Shown here: piece after piece, positions 52,588-64,000 of the stretch | Layout: each line of letters starts with the position of its first letter | How positions within the stretch are numbered: the stretch's first letter is position 1 | Origin: Octopus sinensis | Lineage: Eukaryota | DNA length: 64,000 nt | Direction: 5' to 3' | Assembly (NCBI RefSeq): GCF_006345805.1 | Contig: NC_043003.1 | Location: forward strand, 63,860,001-63,924,000 | Translations under genes and position numbers: made by a program | The notes under the pieces: model-generated | Database searches by the model: none | What the model was told of the DNA's origin: nothing | The model's input: the letters and a program-made list of their open reading frames with translations, nothing else

Positions 52588-53112
52588 GCTAACCAACCAC
52601 ATGGTTCCGGGTTCAGTCCCACTGCGTGGCATCTTGGGCAAGTGTCTTCTGCCGACCAATGCCTTATGAGTGGATTTGGTAGACGGAAACTGAAAGAAGC
52701 CTGTCGTATATATGTATATATATATATGTATGTGTGTGTGTGTGTGTCTGTGTTTGTCCCCCTAGCATTGCTTGACAACCGATGCTGGTATGTTTACGTC
52801 CCCGTCACTTAGCAGTTCGGCAAAAAGAGACCGATAGAATAAGTACTGGGCTTACAAAGAATAAGTCCGGGGGGGGGTCGATTTGCTCGACTAAAGGCGG
52901 TGCTCCAGCATTGCCGCAGTCAAATGACTGAAACAAGTAAAAGAGTATATATAAAGAGTATATATAAAAGAGCAAATCGACCGCGGGACTTATTCTTTGT
53001 AAGCCCAGTACTTATTCTATCGGTCTCTTTTTGCCGAACCGCTAAGTGACGGGGACGTAAACACACCAGCATCGGTTGTCAAGCAATGCTAGGGGGACAA
53101 ACACAGACACAC
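52588..53112. mobile_element. SINE family B (+, 52588-52948) followed by an inverted partial copy of its 3' half (-, 52969-53112)
   Basis: Both arms share private variants (6-A gcaaaaagag, ccctagcattgc, cgtcactta, actgggct). Confidence 0.88.
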
Positions 53113-53139
53113 ATATATACATATATATACATACATGTA

Positions 53140-53180
<41 letters not shown>

Positions 53181-53285
53181 TTACATTTGAATAATAAGGG
53201 TAAAAAATTGGTATTAATTAGATTAATATCAATCAAAACCAGTGGCTCAGCATATTGAAAAAATCTGAAGATTCTGAAAAATATA

Positions 53286-53367
<82 letters not shown>

Positions 53368-54217
53368 GTGTTAAAACAACATCCTTCCTAAATGCCTGAG
53401 AGACCTGCATGTCCGTAAATGCTAATAACACATGTATACCAGTAATATTCAACGATTGATTTTTATCAACTAAATGCATTTTACCTAACTTGTGAATTGT
53501 CAAACTAAATCAATATTTATTACTCAATAATCTCATGAATTTTCTTTTCATTTTGTTTCCTTTCTGCAGTAAGAAATGATCAATAGAAATTTGATGTTAA
53601 AAGAAATATCAAACTGTTCAACAGAGTGGCAATATTGAGTGAAAAATGCTGTTTACTTTACCGAGCACACTAACGCAAACACAATGCCAACCGAAGTTGT
53701 AAATTATTTAACCAAAAAATACTTTCAGTTAGAAAAAATACAAAAAACCTATTGATGTTTTAAGTAAAGTTTATCCTCGAAGTTGTTGAGTACATTTCAT
53801 TTTTATTCCGTATAGTCTTTACATTGATATAACATTGATCACATATTGATCTTTAATGCTAGATGGATTAATAGAATTGAAGACGATTCTGTATAAGATT
53901 GTTTGTTGTTAAAAGCATTCATCTTTGTAGAATTAGAAACAACCAAAAACTTTGTAACTAGTGTCAGTATGCTGTATCAGTCTTTTCGGGGTGTAATCAT
54001 GCGTTTTGGGAAAATTGTTTCGCCGGAATTCGATTTTCCTTTGAACGCCGTACAAACAGAATGTATATTTTAGCTTCACATATCGTTTATACTTTGTAAA
54101 ACACGTCAAGTTCCTCTATTGTATTCATAACGATACAGTTACTTTTAATCATCGCATACATCATCAATCAAGTTCTCTTTAGTCTTTGACATATTTATCA
54201 AAATCATTACGTCATTA

Positions 54218-54467
54218 TGGAGGTGTACTTGCATAGCAAGTGACCTGATCTGAGATCGTGTGCTGGAACGAAAACAATTGCAGCATGGAAGGTATTTATA
54301 AGCTATTTAAGAAACAGATGCAGCACGGAATTTTGTCAGTGAATAGGTCGCGGTCTCAAAGCGACGAAAATATTTTGAAAAATTAAATTTAAATGTTGAA
54401 GTGAATCTAACGGTTTTTGTGTGTTTCTTAAATTACTAATGGACACTCTCCACGCTGCAATTGTTTG
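54218..54467 (+). mobile_element. PLE-type non-autonomous element (inverted tail plus HHR-variant plus tail) with 12-bp TSD
   Basis: TSD attacgtcatta at 54206-54217 and 54468-54479; 54272-54316 is an inverted match to 54422-54467. Confidence 0.75.
54329..54384 (+). ncRNA. Hammerhead-fold motif with atypical core GUGAAUA
   Basis: ttgtca GTGAATA g gtcgc ggtctcaaa gcgac GAAA atat tt tgaaaa: stems I-III in HHR geometry, palindromic ATAT tetraloop. Confidence 0.55.
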
Positions 54468-54492
54468 ATTACGTCATTAATTGTTTAATTAA

Positions 54493-56053
54493 CTAGAAAA
54501 GCACTCGTAGAGCGCAGACCTCTGCCAGACCACCACCACCATTACCACCATATCACAATCATCACCACAACTATCCTACCACTATCACCACCACCACACC
54601 ACCACCAGTCATTGCTTCTACTTCAACCACATACACCGCCATCAACGTTATCATGATGGTTACCTTGACAGTCACTTTCACCACCACAACCAGTATAACC
54701 ACTACAATACCACCATCACACAACTAACACTATCATCAACACCACTATTACCACCATCACCTCAGCATCACACATCACACCGCTCCTATCGCTATTATAA
54801 CCACCGATACTATTTTATCCTCCTCCCATACTTATCGCGACCATCGTCATCATCAACACTGTCTCTGCTTTCACCACAATCACCGTCAAAACTACGATCA
54901 CCTCAATCAGTTTCTTTACACTGTTGAAAATCCATTATCCGATACACATGGGACTGAGATTTGCAGATTTTTGATTTTTCTAATTTCGGAGTGCTTTATT
55001 AAAAAAAAATTGTATCCACAAAACGGAACAGTTTGAGGATAGAAACCAGGTCTACAAACAATAGCTTATAGACATACTCTGAATGTAATTCTATATAAAT
55101 CTTTAATAATTTGTTTTTATACTTAAGACCATCAAAAATGCTATGATATCAGCCTCTACCCACGTTGTCATGCATTGATTAAAAGATTACAGCATAGATT
55201 AGATTACTTAGATAAGTTTCGGCCGAAGTTGACTCAGGCCATGTCTAATTTAATAGTGCCACCTGGAAGAGGTACACAATCAGATCTGAGGAACTGTAGC
55301 TCATTGAAGTAGAGGGTTAGTGTTTTCAGAGACATATCTGGGCGTGGGTGGTTTATCTGGTATTTGTTGTGTGTAATCATCTATGGATCGTTTGAATGCC
55401 GTGAAGTCACTTTCCTCCTTTATGTGTGTCTGGCACGATGTTGAAGAGAGCAGGGCCAATTGAGGTGAAATAGTTGTCATAGTGTTGTGATATGAACATT
55501 TCTGTAGTGGACGGATGGCACGGGGGCCAAGCCTCGGACGAATTTTAAAGATGGGCAATGTTGATGGAATATTCTCCACATCATACAGATGATATAGAGC
55601 TCACAGCAAAGGTGGACGGAGCAAAGCCCGAGCTTTTTGAGTCGATCCTACTAGTCAAGGCTTGTCATGTCATCCTCCGCTGACCTCCGCCAAGCAGCTC
55701 ATTTTAAGATAGATACGTGAGTAAAATTACTAATAGAGAAACGAAAATAAACTTTTAAAACAGCAACGCCACCATAGGTTATGTGCAAACGATGAACGTG
55801 TTTTCAGAGGAGATAATCAAAGAACGTAACATTAATACTTCATGTAAAGTAAATATAACAAATGAAAAATCCTTCAAGAATCCATAAAAATTCCCGGATC
55901 ACTATCAAAATTTCATCATCTATTCCTTGAGTCATTACCATCTTATTCTGCAAGTGTCATCAAATACCGTTCACAACTTCTTGAGTTATTTTGCATACAA
56001 ACGGACATGCCAACGCCGATGAAAACATAACCTCCTTCCTTGGCGGAGGTAAT
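54493..56053 (-). mobile_element. Helentron/HINE-like non-autonomous element with internal insertions
   Basis: Minus start attacctccgccaaggaaggaggttatgttttc; minus end tggcagaggtctgcgctctacgagtgcttttCTAG; subterminal IR acctc(c/t)gcca; extra acctccgccaag at ~55683. Confidence 0.6.
55195..55625 (-). pseudogene. CR1-group LINE 3' fragment
   Basis: ORF 55301-55579 ends AFKRSIDDYTQQIPDKPPTPRYVSENTNPL (CR1/L2-type C-terminus); 3' UTR and (TAATC) tail. Confidence 0.6.
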
Positions 56054-56067
56054 TACTCACAGTTTGT

Positions 56068-56478
56068 ATTCTCTTTCTCTTTTTCTCTTTTACTTGTTTC
56101 AGTCATTTGACTGCGGCCATGCTGGAGCACCACCTTTAATCGAGCAACTCGACACCAGGACTTATTCTTTTGTAAGCCCAGTACTTATTCTATCGGTCTC
56201 TTTTGCCGAACCGCTAAGTAACGGGGACATAAACACACCAGCATCGGTTGTCAAGCAATGCTAGGGGGACAAACACAGACACACAAACACACACACGCAT
56301 ATATATACATATATACGACGGGCTTCTTTCAGTTTCCGTCTACCAAATCCACTCACAAGGCTTTGATTGGCCCGAGGCTATAGTAGAAGACACTTGCCCA
56401 AGGTGCCACGCAGTGGGAATGAACCCGGAACCATGTGGTTGGTAAACAAGCTACTTACCACACAGCCACTCAGGCGCC
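56068..56478 (-). mobile_element. SINE family B, young subfamily
   Basis: Near-consensus copy. Confidence 0.92.
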
Positions 56479-57079
56479 ACGATTTCTCAAAAGAATGAAA
56501 AAAATGCTATGCAGGGTTACCAACGACGAGAAATTTTAAGAACTGCATATTAAGTAAACAAAAATAAATGAATAAATAAATGACAAAATAAATATATGAA
56601 TTCTCAGCAACTTTTTATGATTGTTTAGTTTCCATTTCAAATTTATAATTCTGCTACATAATCCGATGAAATAATTATCTCCCTTGAAATAACTACGACC
56701 GTTGGGGTACCCCACGTATTTTATCATTCATCTTTACAATTAATAATATATATGGTCCCCCAACTTTTGCAGCTGCTTAAAGAGAAGAATATAATATTTT
56801 TTGCGTCTGCAACTCAATTATGCCTGCTCTTTGAATCACATTTACAGGAAGTTATTTTCTTGGCAGGGATTTCTTAATCTTCATAGTATCCCAAGGAAGC
56901 ATCAGAGAATTCCAGCGGGAACATGTTCTAAGATTGAAAAATTCTTTATCAATATTGTGATATTTCGGGACGGTCATTTTTTTTTTTTTTTGCCAGATAA
57001 ACATACACACTATATTTTTTTCTTCACTTCTTTATTACTCTTCTTATTTAATTCATTTAACTCATGTCCATATATAGAG

Positions 57080-57275
57080 CAGCACGCCGGGCGAAATGCG
57101 TAGCCGTATTTCGTCTGCCGTTAGGTTCTGAGTTCAAATTCCGCCAAGGTCGACTTTGCCTTTCATCCTTTCGGGGTCGATAAATTAAGTACCAGTTACG
57201 CACTGGGGTCGATGTAATTGACTTAATCCCTTTGTCTGTCCTTGTTTAGCCCCTTGTGGGTAGTGAAGAAATAAT
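57080..57275 (+). mobile_element. 5'-truncated SINE family A
   Basis: agcacgccgggcgaaatgcgtagccgtatttcg...gggtagtgaagaaat. Confidence 0.88.
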
Positions 57276-57942
57276 ATCTGTTTCAACACACGATTTCAAA
57301 TCAGGAATATTGCAAAACGAATTGACAAACGTAATTCTTTATCAATATTCGCTGTTTTTGATGGATATATTTTCCTTACGGTTGATTTGAAGACACTGAT
57401 TAGCGTTCAATAAATATAAAGCCGTTAACAGTATGTAATAAGCTGCATAAGTTACGCAAATTTTATTTCTTACCCTTCGTGAGGAATAACCGAATGGTGA
57501 ACTGGGGACGCAGAAGAAAGTTATCGTAACAATGTTCTACACAAAATATAACTTCCGATTCTTCCCTGTCACAGAAATCAATATGATCGATCTACTTTTC
57601 ATAGATATCTCTAATCGGGATGATCAAGTGATTGACGTGATTATACTAAAGCATATTTAATGCATGCGCGCACCCATGGTAAGTATCTTGCTTACCAACC
57701 CACATGGTTCCGGGTTCAGTCCCACTGCGTGGCATCTTGGTAAAGTGTCGTCTACTATAGCCTTATAAGGATAAGATCATTATCTAAAATACCGATCATA
57801 TCAAGTTGTCAGTATGGGAATAAAAACCTTACAGATAATAATTATTAAAAAATTATAATTAAAGGTATCTAAAAGTTACCACCATGCTAGAGACACCAGC
57901 TGTCTCTAGCATGGTGGTATCTTTTAGATACCCTTAAAAGAT

Positions 57943-57975
<33 letters not shown>

Positions 57976-58237
57976 CATATAAAGTCTCCAATATATTCTG
58001 TCTTCCGCATCCATTGTCTCTACTATACTCAACGTGCACTGAGGAATTCTTACCGTAGATCCAGAGACGACTGAGTACAGGTAGCCACAGCCAGAGAACG
58101 TGCTTTATCAGCATACTACTAGGGACATACGCAACACAAAGTTTAAAATTTAAATTCTAATTTAATCTTTAATTTCAAGCTAGATGTGTGTTTGTGTGTA
58201 TATATATATATATATATATTAATCTCTCTCTCCCTCC

Positions 58238-58367
<130 letters not shown>

Positions 58368-58861
58368 GTCTGTCTATCTATCTATCTATCTATTTATCTA
58401 TCTATCTATCTGTCTGTATATATATATATATATAAATGTATGTATGTATGTATGTATATGATGGAATCCCCCATCAAAGATGACGTTTGAACGTTCAGCC
58501 AGAAGACAAAAAAAAGCAAAGTTAAAGAAAACCAATACCAACACAATCAACAACATGATCATATTACTATTACTACTATTCACCAATGTTTCTGAATTCA
58601 TTCACTTCACCTTGTGACTCCTCCTCTACGAGTCCTCAGGCCACCGATGAGTCACAAAGACGATCACAAACACAACACCAGCAACTTACATTATCTGAAG
58701 CAATATGGATGCGAGCATGACTCATCAAACCAGCACGTGACCTACCCGACAAATCATAATGTGGACAAGATGGTTTGAGAAACGATTGGTGTTCAGTTGG
58801 TTTATTTTCCTATTTTCTCGTAACTGATCTTGATGAAGTACCCTTTGAGTTTCAAAATTTT

Positions 58862-59108
58862 GAATCTGGGAAAAGCACTCACTCCCTAAAATGATACGGC
58901 CGTGTATTCGGCACCTGGGTCGAGTGGCACACGTCCCTGAGCAAGGCACGTCATTTCACGTTGCCCCGGTTTACTGAAAGTGGGCAGCACTCTACTGTTA
59001 CTGGTGCTGTTCTCTCTCCCTCCATCTGTTACATTGTGGATGCTCCACTGCTTTAAGGGTAGTATGGTTGAAAGGGATTCTATGCATATACATACATACA
59101 TACATACA

Positions 59109-59140
<32 letters not shown>

Positions 59141-59164
59141 AATATATACATATCTATATGTGTG

Positions 59165-59196
<32 letters not shown>

Positions 59197-59405
59197 ATGT
59201 TTAACCGTCACTCGCAAGCTTGTTTGATCTGGTAGCATATACCATAATTTCGCTAACTGTTTTAGGTGCCTATGTAATTTCGGGTACTTTAAGTGAACCG
59301 GAGCAACGTGAAATGACGTGACTTGCTGAGGGACATGTGCCACTCAATCCAGGAGCCGAATACACGGCCTTAATATTTTGAGGAGTGAGTACTTTTTCCA
59401 GATTC
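58862..59405. repeat. ~115-bp inverted repeat pair (58862-58978 / 59289-59405) containing a SINE-core-like segment
   Basis: gaatctgg(g/a)aaaag(c/t)actcactcc...ggccgtgtattcggc(a/t)cctgg...gtccct(g/c)agcaag(g/t)cacgtcatttcacgttgc on both strands. Confidence 0.8.
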
Positions 59406-59487
59406 GAGATACACATCTAGCTATGGACATAGATATTAATATGCATATTCTTATAGATATATCTAAGTATATGTATTTTAGTATATG

Positions 59488-59690
59488 TATAAGGGGTACT
59501 GGTTTGGGGTAAAAGAAAACACAGGAGGATCAATTAATTATGATTTTATTCAACATGCCCCGCCCACCTCTGAGATTCACACACTTACTGCAGCGGCCCT
59601 TCAGTTTTTCTAAGCTCTGTAAAAAAGAACCTGGCAGGTTAGGCCTCCAACCAGGCTTTTCATGATTCCCTTAATGCCAGGAACCCTTCA
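59488..59690 (-). mobile_element. Mariner 3' terminal fragment
   Basis: Minus frame FFTELRKLKGRCSKCVNLRGGAC* resembles the mariner C-terminus; end ta(t)aagggg. Confidence 0.5.
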
Positions 59691-59794
59691 GCAGCTCAAA
59701 GTACCGGTTTCGCACTGGGTCGATGTAATCGACTTAATCCCTTTTTCTGTCCTTGTTTGTCCCCTCTGTGTTTAACCCCTTGTGGGTAGTAAAG

Positions 59795-59837
<43 letters not shown>

Positions 59838-60033
59838 CTCTTTTACTTGTTTCAGTCATTTGACAGTGGCCATGCTGGAGCACCGCCTTTAGTCGAGCAA
59901 TTCGACCCCAGGACTTAATGGTCGGCCCGAGGCTATAGTAGAAGACACTTGCACAAGGTGCCACGCAATGGGACTGAACCCGGAACCATGTGGTTCGTAA
60001 GCAAGCTACTTACCACACAGCCACTCCTACGCC
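59838..60033 (-). mobile_element. SINE family B with large internal deletion
   Basis: Tail joined directly to head at ggactta|atggtcggcccgagg. Confidence 0.85.
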
Positions 60034-60459
60034 TATATATATATATATATATATATTATATATGCTGTCTATGCGCACGCGTGTGTATTACACGTATATG
60101 TATACATACATGTACGATATATATGATTAATATTTATTAGTGTGGCTTCTTGATCACACAAGTATAACCAAATGTTTAGAGCTTTATAAGTCGTTCGGTT
60201 AAATTTGAAAAGATTTCCTTGTGTGGAGAAGATCCATTGTTGTGTCACGTTTCTGTGGTTCCATTCCGATATTTCAAACACAGAATACAAGCGCAAAACA
60301 AATGTGGCGACAACTTCATACATTTTCAGTGAAAAACAATTTCTACTCTCTCTCTCTCTCTCTCTCTCAACACACACACACACCATGCAGATGCACACAC
60401 ACATGCACATTACACACATGCACACACGCACACACAGACATGCATATGTGTATGCATAA

Positions 60460-60491
<32 letters not shown>

Positions 60492-61030
60492 TATATATAT
60501 ATACCGAGAAAGAAGCAACAAGAATGGATATCCATTCTTGTTGCTTCTTTCTCGCTTATAATCACCCCACATTACTGTATTGTTAAATCAGTATGTTTTT
60601 TTTGGTGCATCTAAGTTAGGTACCATATTCAAGTAAATTTTATAAATTACTTGAATCTTATTGCCTTTGAGTATAATATATATATATATATATATATGGG
60701 AGGGGTAGTGTACTTGTGTGCTTGACTATCGCTGTTGGTTTGTTTTCGTTTCCGTAAATTAACGGCTTCATTAAAGAACTCAATGGGAAGGAAGGACTAA
60801 CGCAATAAGTGCCAGACTTAAAAACAAGTATTGGGATTTATTTGTCCGACTAAACCCTAGAACACGGTGCTCCAGCTTGGACACTACTCAATGGCTGAAA
60901 CAAGTAGAAACACAAAAAGTATCCATACATATGAGTGTGTTTGTGTGTGTGTGTAGTGTGTGTGTAGTGTGTGCGCTTGCGTTTGTGTGTGCATGTAGAT
61001 GTGTGCGTGTGCGTGTATTGTATATGTATT

Positions 61031-61079
<49 letters not shown>

Positions 61080-62027
61080 TTGTATGCATATATATGTATA
61101 CTGAATGATACATACGTACATACATATTATATATATGTGTGTATACGCACACACACATAGATACACGCACACACACACACACACAGAGTGTAAGATAAGT
61201 TAATTAAAGCCATAATTGTTCTGATATATAATGACAATACGTATTTACACATGCGCCACTTGCAACCTCCCTGACACTCGAGATATGCAATATTCATACA
61301 AAAAAAACAAAAACGAAAAAAAAAAAATACTCATAGCATGTAACCGAAAATAAATATAAAATAAAAAAGATTTGTGAGACAGGGAAGCGTGAATCACCAA
61401 AGTTTACTGATTCTGGTACGCTTTTATGACGCTGTTGGCTATGTTGCAGTGTATTCCGAACAAATGTCAACAAATAGCAACATGTATAGATAATTTTAAA
61501 ACGCAACAGGAAGCCATGTTATGTTATGTTATGCTGATATCGTCTGCCGATATCTAAAAGATATTTTACCGAAAAGATTATTATACATTGCAAATATTTG
61601 TTTAAACATTAATATTTATGTTAATATTGATATCAATATTACTAATAATGAGGCTGAGGAGTAGATCTAATGGATACTTGAGAGGTGCTTATTCAGCTTA
61701 GCGGATTGACTTGGGCACAACTTCAGCCGCATCGAAACAGCATTCATCAAAAATTTATGCATTCAACTTATGCATGGAATGCAACCTATTAAGTGCATAT
61801 GAATGGTGTGTGTGTGTGTGAGGAGAGAGAGAGAGAGTACGTGTGTGAGTGTGTGTGTGTGAGTACGTGTGTGTACGTGTGTATACATATATGTTTATAA
61901 GTGTTTATGTCTATATATTCATCTTGTAAGTAGAAACACATAAATATAAGCAGAGTCACTGATAAATACACATATATACGCAAACATACTAAGTGTATAA
62001 TTTTGTAACACACATACACGCACACAC

Positions 62028-62066
<39 letters not shown>

Positions 62067-62585
62067 GCACACACATATATATATACACACACACATATAT
62101 ATATATATACACATACATGCAAACGCATATATATACAAACGCACAAATGCATATATATATTATATATATAATAAAGTTATAATATGTATGTGTGTGCGTG
62201 TATATATATATATATATTATATATGTGTGTGCGTGTGTATACAGATATATATATATATATGTATATATATATAGATATATATATATATATACACATACAC
62301 ACACGCGCACACACATACATATGCATATATATATACATTGCAAGTAGACAGACAGAAAGAGTCACACATGAATGCACAGACACACTCACACACACACAGA
62401 TGAGCACACAGAACCCCGAGCGTGTGTTTCACGTCCATAAAGTGATGTAAATGCAATCAGCTTAACACTGCTCAACCCTCTTCAACAGCCTTTAGTCTCC
62501 AAAATGGCTCAATTGGGGATATAAATTGTATCGAAGGCTCCGCCCATACAGAAGCTTACCAGCAATCTGAAGCGCGGGCTTTTAA

Positions 62586-62706
62586 TGTGCGTGTGCGTGC
62601 ATGTGCGTGTGCGTGCATGTGCGTGTGCGTGCATGTGCGTGTGCGTGCATGTGCGTGTGCGTGCATGTGCGTGTGCGTGCATGTGCGTGTGCGTGCATGT
62701 GCGTGC
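62586..62706. repeat. 16-bp tandem repeat (TGTGCGTGTGCGTGCA) x~7.5
   Basis: Direct reading. Confidence 0.95.
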
Positions 62707-63036
62707 ACGCGCGTGTGTGTATGTGTATGCAAGCGTGTGTATCTGTGCACTTGATTGTCTGTCTGTCTGTCTCTCTCGCCCTTTCTCTATCTCTCTCTCT
62801 TTTCTCTGTCTCTCTCCTCATCTCTCTCAACCCCCTCTGTCTGTGTATATATATGCGCGCGCGTGTGTATATATTGTGTATATATATATATAAATATATC
62901 TGTGTGTTTGTGCGTGTGTATGTATATATATATATGTACACACACACATATACACACACAGATCCTTGTAAATGCATACATACACTATCACTACATATAT
63001 ACATCATCATCATCAGCAGCAGCAGCAGTAGTAGTA

Positions 63037-63072
<36 letters not shown>

Positions 63073-63178
63073 AAGATATATTTTTGTAGTTTTGTCTTTG
63101 AAAAGAGGTTGCAGTCCCCGCAGTCAATCATTCCCTTTGTGGTCTTGTACGATACTTCTCACATCGCAATGCAGCCGG

Positions 63179-63236
<58 letters not shown>

Positions 63237-63281
63237 AGAAAGACAAACGAAGAGAAGGAATCCCACACCAGTACTTGACCT

Positions 63282-63358
63282 TACTCTTGCAGAAGGTCGA
63301 TTTAGCGTGATCTGATCGACCTTCTGTAACTCAAATTAGTCTGAGTAGAAAGAGGTTA
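63282..63358. other. Short perfect hairpin, possibly a tiny MITE
   Basis: cagaaggtcgat (63290-63301) / atcgaccttctg (63315-63326) with 13-nt loop. Confidence 0.5.
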
Positions 63359-63545
63359 AACCTGAACTGCCGAGTGCAGACAGCAAGAACAAATACCGCT
63401 AGCTAATCCATTCGATACATATTGTATTACTTACACACACACACACATAAACACATATATACATAGATACATACATACATATATATATGTATGTATCTAT
63501 GTATAATGGTTTATGTGTGTGTGTGTGTAAGTAATACAATATGTA

Positions 63546-63581
<36 letters not shown>

Positions 63582-63629
63582 TGTATGTATATATATAATA
63601 TATATATATAGATATATCTATATACATAC

Positions 63630-63684
<55 letters not shown>

Positions 63685-64000
63685 AATATGCATGTATATG
63701 TATGTGTGTATGTATATATATATATATATACTGTATATGTATGCATGTATGTATATATTTTCATGCTCACTTTGCCTCCTCTTTCACTTCACTGTATGAC
63801 TTTCATTTTTTTCTCGCCCATCCTTAATTCTTCTATCCCTCTACCATCCATGCAACATCTATATTCCTCCCTGTGCCTATCAAATCTTATGTCCCTGTCG
63901 TAAGGCTTTACTTCCACACACGCTAGCTTAATTTAATTCGTCCTTAGTCGAAAGACACCTGTTGTTTTGTCCTGTTATTTGCATTTGTATTTGTGTACCA

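Noticed and set aside
53530-53575. Strong polypyrimidine tract plus CAG on plus
   Set aside because: Followed by stops and no matching donor; such tracts are common in AT-rich DNA.
53880-54120. Possible piggyBac transposase remnant (AFKGKSN(F)R...FPK) on minus
   Set aside because: Short, frameshifted, no TIR or TTAA found.
58612-58680. CCGATGA-gtc-acaaa-gac-GATC hammerhead-like string and ttgtgactc/gagtcacaa hairpin
   Set aside because: Two core mismatches and no stem I or III partner.

Overview
AT-rich, repeat-saturated eukaryotic DNA with no confidently identifiable host protein-coding gene. Nearly all ORFs in the supplied track are translations of microsatellites. The very high microsatellite density and recurrent tRNA-derived SINE families suggest an Octopus-like cephalopod genome (inference only). 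Contents: several tRNA-derived SINE families (dozens of copies, some dimeric with TSDs), decayed Tc1, mariner and maT(DD37D) transposons, several MITEs, non-autonomous Helitron/Helentron elements, and RTE- and CR1-group LINE 3' fragments. The main signal is a set of short non-autonomous elements that carry minimal type-I hammerhead-ribozyme (HHR) folds and share a Penelope-like (PLE) architecture: an inverted copy of the 3' tail followed by HHR plus tail. One is a TSD-flanked head-to-head palindrome of a tRNA-headed HHR element (48811-49396). Another is a TSD-flanked element whose HHR fold has a swapped 3-8 core pair (54218-54467). A third family has a shared U6 core variant. All coordinates and alignments were read by eye; no searches or folding programs were run.
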